The notes below the pieces were generated by a model. It had not been told where the DNA came from, searched no databases, and saw nothing but the letters and a program-made list of their open reading frames with translations. A stretch of DNA of 52,246 bases from Perkinsus olseni (taxonomy: Eukaryota), in assembly GCA_013115125.1 (NCBI GenBank), contig JABANN010000217.1, positions 1-52,246 on the forward strand, in the 5' to 3' direction. Position numbers and translations under genes: made by a program. Every line of letters begins with the position of its first letter. The stretch's first letter is position 1. This document shows, piece after piece, positions 46,501-52,246 of this stretch.

Positions 46501-49500
46501 CTGACCCGAAGCTCCGAAACGTATTCGATAAAGTGAAGAGGGCTATCGCCGATCGGTTGAACGGTAATGATGGGAAAAGCTAGAGGTGTCAGAAAATATG
46601 GGAAGTATTGGAAGACTGGTTGCATTGGGTGCACCCGTGAAACCGTTTAACGCATGAAACGCGATGTTGGTGACATCACTCGCGCGTTGACGCACACAAC
46701 ACTGGTGCAATTCCATGAACTTGATGAGGACTTTCGTCGAACTTAGACCAGTCTTGCGGAGGCTAATGATATCTTTTAGAAGCCCTGCGCGAAGTGTGAA
46801 ATATCGAGCTCTGTTTACCCGTGCAGACGTGTAGAGCGCTGGCCCGATCGTGGTCTCGATCTCGTGAATTCACCTCTCGAGTGAGCGACCGTACAACGAG
46901 ATCTCGACCAAGCTGGCGATGCTCCATCTTGAATCGTCTTGTGACCATGGAAAGCGTCGAAGTGCTTGTGTGCCAGGTTACTCTACTGTTGCGCTTACTG
47001 CCAAGAACCAAGCTAGCGTCATTATCGGCAAGGGTGGTCAGAATATAGACAAGCTCAGGGTAGTATGATATAATTTCGTGGCGCGTGACGAATCTGAGGG
47101 GTGCCTTCAGGCGGAGACTGGCTGTTTCCTATATATTGAGAATCCTTCGGGAGTGTCGACGCGGCAGTCTTCTCCGAGCGTTGAGGGTGACGGCGATGAT
47201 GATGCCGTTAACGAAGCTCAGTATGGGTCCTTGAGGATTATCGGCAAGAAGAGAGAGTAATACTGGTCGGGGGCATGAGGTTGTGAAATTAACTGATTCG
47301 ACGGCTCTGTGGACTTTCCTCGATATTGGTTTGAACGAATTAGCAGACGAAGTTGGGTCGTGAAAGGGGGGCTTAATGAGGATTCAGTTGTTAGACTCAT
47401 TGTGGCGAGTTGGCCGTATGCACTTCGAGAATATACCGAGTGCCGGGATCGATCCTCCGCCCCTCGATGTCTCGTCTTCCGCTCTCAGTCTCAACGCTGC
47501 CAAGGAGACCGTCATGAAGTTCGTCGAGTCCCAGAAGAGGTCTACTCTTGTGTAAGTCACAGCGGATGCCGTTTGCCTTTTTATTCTACTGCCCCGCGCT
47601 GAGCGCCTTCTCGAGCGTATAAGGTTCTAGGTGGCGCATTGACGAGGAGACTGATGCAGAGGATCTGATCGAGTGCATCTGGGACAGGAGGACAGTTAAG
47701 CGTGATCCGGCTCTCGGAAATGTCGGCCGGGCGCCCCAAGTGAGCATCAGAAGCAACAGAATTCCCCTCATCACCATTCGCATTTTTCCTCAGTACGGCC
47801 TGACTGGTTATCGCCGTCGACTGAGAGATGCTGGTTTTATGCTGAGGGTTGAGCTGGATGATGGCAGATTCGGCAGCGGCCGTCGTCAGGCTATGCATAC
47901 CGGAGATCCGTCCAAGGATGCTGCAGCGAGCGGTCATGTCGAGGTGGTATCTTTCGACCTTGAGAAAAGCAAGCATGGAAATTGTATGACTTTCTCTCAG
48001 TTGATTTTTGAGTGCTATCCTGGCGAGTTTGAGGGAGCTAAGAAGGTCATGTATGATATGATGGAAGAATGGCGGGAGCTCAACTTCAGGTAGTAACTGG
48101 CTCCACCGCCCGCTCCATCTTGCACATCCGCTGCTGCTGATCGTCTATGGGGATCTCTGCGATTGACGTGAAAAAGTGCGACCACTCCGTCCTCCTCGAA
48201 AATTTTTGCTCATGGCGAATAGCGGAGCGAAGCTCGACCAATATATCTTTGAAACATGTATCGAGCTACACTTAGATTATCATCCTGAAACGCGTAGCCC
48301 CTTTAGGAAAATGCCTTCCAGAGTTGGACAGGGGATGGTATGGGACGCCCTCTAGTCAGTTGTGCTATACCTAATTTTTCGTAACTCCTGATGACATGTC
48401 GTAGGTGCACGATATCCCTTCGTTCGGACCTTTCGAAGCAGCTGTTGAATCTCGGAAGAGGCGGACAGGGGCTGCAGAAATTCCGCACTCTCGCCAGGGA
48501 GAAGGGCGTAGAGATCAGTATCAGGTAATAACGGGGTGAGGATCAGCTGAGTTTGAGATGAAGGATGGTATCGGGTTCGAATCTCCGCAGTAAAGTCCCC
48601 TTTACATAATAAAGGGGACTTTATCCTGCTTGCGTGATGCCCGGCGGCTTCAGGCGAGGTAACCCCGGACACGCGCCGAGCCTGGACTCCAACGATGATG
48701 CTGACGAGGAGGAGACTGGATCCTGCCCGACTATGGTAGGTCTCTGCACCGGCCCTGTCAGTTTCCTTATGCTTCCACAAGGTGCTATCTGGAGTAGAGG
48801 CTAATGTGCTCGAGGTTGAACAGAAATGGATTGACCGGTTGGAGAAGTTCAAGCGAGAGAACAAGACTTCCGAGGTTTGTGCATCCGAGATGATTTCGGT
48901 TTGGAGTGGTACGTATTTTTAATTAGTTGACGCTCTCGATTGTGCATTTGTTCGCCTTCGGGCTAACAGACTTGACGCCGCCATCACCGTCGACTTCGGA
49001 AGATACCCCGACGAAGGAGAATGGGACCAATGCTGCTGAGAAGTAATGAACCAGGGCACAGTGATAGGTTGTGGGATCCTTTACCCTGACGGTGCCGTCT
49101 TCGGCTTCAATAGCTTCCACCCGGGTTCAATTCCCTGTAGCGGGATTTAGTAAAACCTCGTGAAATTTACTCTCGCGATTAGATACGAGACACTGGTGGT
49201 CAACTGCGGTCCGAACGCCGTTGAAGATGCTACTAGGACCCTGTTCAAGCACGTTAGGTCCAGTCCTGGACCAGAGGATGGTAAGAAATGCTTTCGCTGG
49301 GGGTCGAACCTGCGGCCTTTCCACGATTATTCATTCTTAGGCGAGAACGGTCCGCTATCAAATACTGGCAGTGTGGATTTCTCTAAGGATGCTTGCGGAA
49401 CTGTGACCTTGCATTTGCGGGGTACCGAGCAGTTCCTTGGCAGAATGAAGGTGATAAACTCGATTGGGGAACCAACCCGGCGTGTAACGAATCATCAACC

Positions 49501-50630
49501 ATCGGAGTCACTATGAAGTTGCCGCGGATTTTCGCTGGAATTCTTCCATCAGGCGTCCGCGATATCCGAGACAATAGAGAACGGAACGTAAAAATTCTTA
49601 ATTTCTCGCCAATCGAAATTTAGCCGCCTATTCTTCGCCATCCGAAAGATCTTGCAAAAGTTGAAAATCTCATTTTCTCGGCCGAAATCATACGCCTCAA
49701 TGCAGAATGAACTCGCGAGATTTCTTTAATTTTAATTTTGGAAAAATTCCGAGATTTTCTTAAAACTTATACGCCTAGCCGAGGCCCGTCCAACTCGAAA
49801 GAATGAATCAATGCTGCGTCTTCCTCAGGACGCTGTGTCTCGCTTGCTCGAGTCATTCAGTGCTACCAACCTCGTGGTTGGTGTCCCTGCAACCTCACGT
49901 AAGCCAACGGTGGCAAGATTTCTCCGGTATCCGCTGGTCCCTTCAGTAGCGACGCTGAATGAGGAGGTGCTTAGCCATTTGAGGAGCAGATATCATGTGG
50001 AAGCTAGGATTATTAAGAACCCCTACGAGGTGATTGAGGGGAGCTACGTCGCAGCGTCTGAAGGGGTCAGTTGGCACTGCTCTCAGGGCGATGATTTCGG
50101 TCATTACTTGCTGGTCACAGCTGAGTCGAAGGAGGCCGAGATGGGCGGCTGCCGAGAAGAAGTTACTCGTATCATCAACAAGGAGTGAGCTCACGCTGAT
50201 AGTAGTCTGCTACTGTATTTCTTTCGCCCTAGGCCGCCTCAAGCAACGGCTGGTCCTGAGCTCGGTGCAGGCCCACGGGCTAGTAAGGTTTCGATTGATG
50301 CAGTATTGCCCCACTCTTGCCCCTCAGTGTCCGCGTCTACTACACCGCTGCCGTCGGGTGATGGCGAGGTGGCCACTGTCGTCACTCCGGAGGCTAGTCG
50401 ACCAGATGCTGCTGCCTCTACCTCGGCCGCGGCTGCTGCTGAGCAGATGCGACGATCTTCGCAGATAATGCAGATGTAGGACTGTTCGGAGGAGTTCGGT
50501 GCCTTAGTTGCCGAGATTCTTGTGGCTCTTCAGGGCACCTCAAATGACGCAGCAACAGCAGTACGCTAACGCGGCTACGGCCAATCAGGCCAACGCGGCG
50601 TATGAAGCGAGCGTGGCGATGTGGCAACAA

Positions 50631-50665
<35 letters not shown>

Positions 50666-51073
50666 ATACCAACAGTAGGGTGGCGTCGGTCAGATCATCA
50701 GGGTCGAGCATCGGCGTGATGCAGGTATTACTACCAGCAGCAGCAACAGATGGCCGCCAATGCCCGCATGCAGCAGCAGGCTCAGCATCAGGCGGCGGCA
50801 CAGCAGCAACACGCTGCTGCGGCAGCTGCTGCCGCTGCTGCTCAGCAGAATGCTATGTTCCAGCAGCAGCAGCAACAGCAACAACAACGTGCCGGGCTGA
50901 TCTGGTGAGGACTGGTCTGGTTGAAGGGGTCTTAGCCTTCCTTTCTTGTCCTTCTTATCCTGTCCCATTTTTAGGTACTACATTGATGATGTTGGTAACA
51001 TTCAGGGTCCGTTTACTAAGGTGAGTTCAACTAGATGAGTCTAGTACCAGATGGTCTCCTTCTCTCAGGCTGA
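43559..51073 (+). CDS. Multi-exon KH-domain (putative RNA-binding) protein with Gln/Ala-rich C-terminus; start uncertain, may be more than one gene
   Basis: KH GxxG loop SVIIGKGGQNIDKLR|AETGCFLYIE at ~47015-47140; a KH-like tail LTVKIRGEQKRVSECYAEL at ~45670; many GT-AG introns; polyQ/polyA exons at 50540-50900; plausible final exons W-YYIDDV-G-TGA ending 51073. Confidence 0.55.
47072..47090 (+). promoter_or_regulatory. Consensus copy of recurrent intronic motif AATTTCGTGGCGCGTGACG
   Basis: In intron 47060-47110; related copies at 6053, 27468, 27977, 29109, 34673, 37357, 37466, 40627; function inferred only. Confidence 0.6.
48591..48623. repeat. Perfect 14-bp inverted repeat, 5-nt loop, in intron 48568-48653 just after a B-box-like sequence
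   Basis: TAAAGTCCCCTTTA-CATAA-TAAAGGGGACTTTA. Confidence 0.9.
49121..49148 (+). other. Orphan tRNA 3'-end-like / B-box element in putative intron ~49043-49182 (sense)
   Basis: CCGGG-TTCAATT-CCCTG-TAGCGGG-A-TTT. Confidence 0.65.
49286..49313 (-). other. Orphan tRNA 3'-end-like / B-box element in 60-nt intron 49281-49340 (antisense)
   Basis: GCAGG-TTCGACC-CCCAG-CGAAAGC-A-TTT. Confidence 0.7.
50625..50888 (+). repeat. Coding CAG/CAA and GCT/GCC repeats (polyQ, polyA)
   Basis: caacaacaacagcagcagcag... and gctgctgcggcagctgctgccgctgctgct tracts. Confidence 0.85.
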
Positions 51074-51599
51074 GCTGGCTGGCTGGTATTGCAATAGATG
51101 GCTGAGCGAGCAGTTGATGGTGTGCAAGTCTCTTTCGTGGCCGAATCCCCAGACGTCACAGTTTGCGCCCTTGAGAGATTACCTCCACGAGATCCTCAAT
51201 TAGAAGTGCGCAGTCCCTCCCCGACAGGCTTGGTGTATGACGAACCATTCTTGTGCTTCTATTTGGAGTCTGACTTGTACATTTTCATAGGGGACAGTAC
51301 CACTCTTCTCACGTCTCGCCTTCTTACCTTCTCCAACATACGATGTGATTTATTTTTCCTTGCTATTAACGACTGTAGTACCGAGAACGATCGAAGCCTC
51401 TTCCAGCGATGTCTATTTTGTTCCTGCCAATTCTGGCTCTCCCCTCATTAGTATGAGGGCACTCACGACGATACTCATGTACTGCACTATATACCGCCCG
51501 GTATTTTCAGCGGCAATATTTGCCGTCGTCATCATCACCACCGTGTTGTGAGGTACTGGTAGTGCTTGCTTGCGGCGGTTATACGTAGAATTCTGTTGG

Positions 51600-52246
51600 C
51601 TATTGGTAGTAGCTCGTTGTCATCTGTTGCGTTGCTAAGTGGATACTAGGTTCCGTGGGTCGCAAGGAATGACAACTTTTCCGCTCGATAATAAGGGAGA
51701 ACCGCCATGAGTCTGCCATGCTACCAACGATATTGTGTCGTCTTCTGGTGGTCGGTGTTGCACGTTGCGGATAGCTCGTGATTTTGGTATCGTTCTTCGA
51801 AAACGGGCCAGACCGCGCGAAACGACGCTTGCGAACGTACATTCGCGAGCGCTAGTATACCGGGATATCGGAGTGTTGTCAATATGGTGGTGAAGCATCA
51901 CGCGATGACGAGGCTGAAACGTAGTCATAACCATGCTCGGCTTTCTATTGGAAGGAATCACCTGAGGAACATCGGTGATAGAACTCACTCGTTAGCGCAA
52001 GCGGCGAGGTCCACAACACAAGACGTTTGGCAAGGATAAAGCACTACTTCAACGTTCATGCTGATGGAGCTGGACGGGAAAGTGTGGGGCCGCACGAAAG
52101 AGGGACACCGGTCGGAGACATCAGCTGACACAGTCGAGGCTAGAATGAGTGTAACACTCCCTCTAGCCACCACAATCATCATACTTGAAGCTTGTTACTC
52201 ACATATTTACCAAGTATGCCCCTCTCTCGTAGCAACAGTGGGAAAT
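51600..52246 (-). CDS. Possible 3' part of a spliced hypothetical gene running off the window
   Basis: Minus-strand ORFs 51985-52182 and 51635-51988 with a GTGAGT...CAG intron-like gap at ~51962-51989; no domain recognised. Confidence 0.25.

Noticed and set aside
48592-48600. AAAGTCCCC resembling the RNase MRP/P CR-I motif
   Set aside because: It is one arm of a local perfect hairpin in an 86-nt intron; no partner motif or room for the RNA
1-52246. CRISPR arrays, rRNA genes, operons, intact transposase or reverse transcriptase genes
   Set aside because: No regularly spaced repeats, rRNA signatures or transposon protein motifs seen; the sequence is eukaryotic and spliced

Overview
Eukaryotic, intron-rich protist DNA with many ~45-60 nt GT-AG introns. 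It is most consistent with a perkinsid alveolate such as Perkinsus (inference). Gene content: (1) a ~16 kb multi-exon + strand gene for a giant signal-peptide / IPT-TIG / cysteine-rich / multipass membrane protein, with intact tRNA-His(GTG) and tRNA-Leu(AAG) genes in its introns; (2) an intronless ORF of ~757 aa whose C-terminus resembles the OB-fold/Zn-ribbon of the telomere protein CTC1; (3) a ~5 kb gene-poor stretch full of palindromes with 1-nt spacers; (4) an 18 kb minus-strand outer-arm dynein heavy chain with N-terminal kelch repeats (ODA11/alpha type); (5) a multi-exon KH-domain gene with a polyQ tail. The most unusual signals are in the introns. At least six carry orphan tRNA 3'-end modules (T-arm/B-box + 7 nt + A + T-rich tail, exact tRNA spacing, no 5' half, either orientation). 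Nine intronic copies of an orientation-independent motif AATTTCSYGGCGCGNGACG occur in three genes. Several long introns are partitioned by inverted repeats that leave ~60 unpaired nt. Exon boundaries were read by eye and are approximate.
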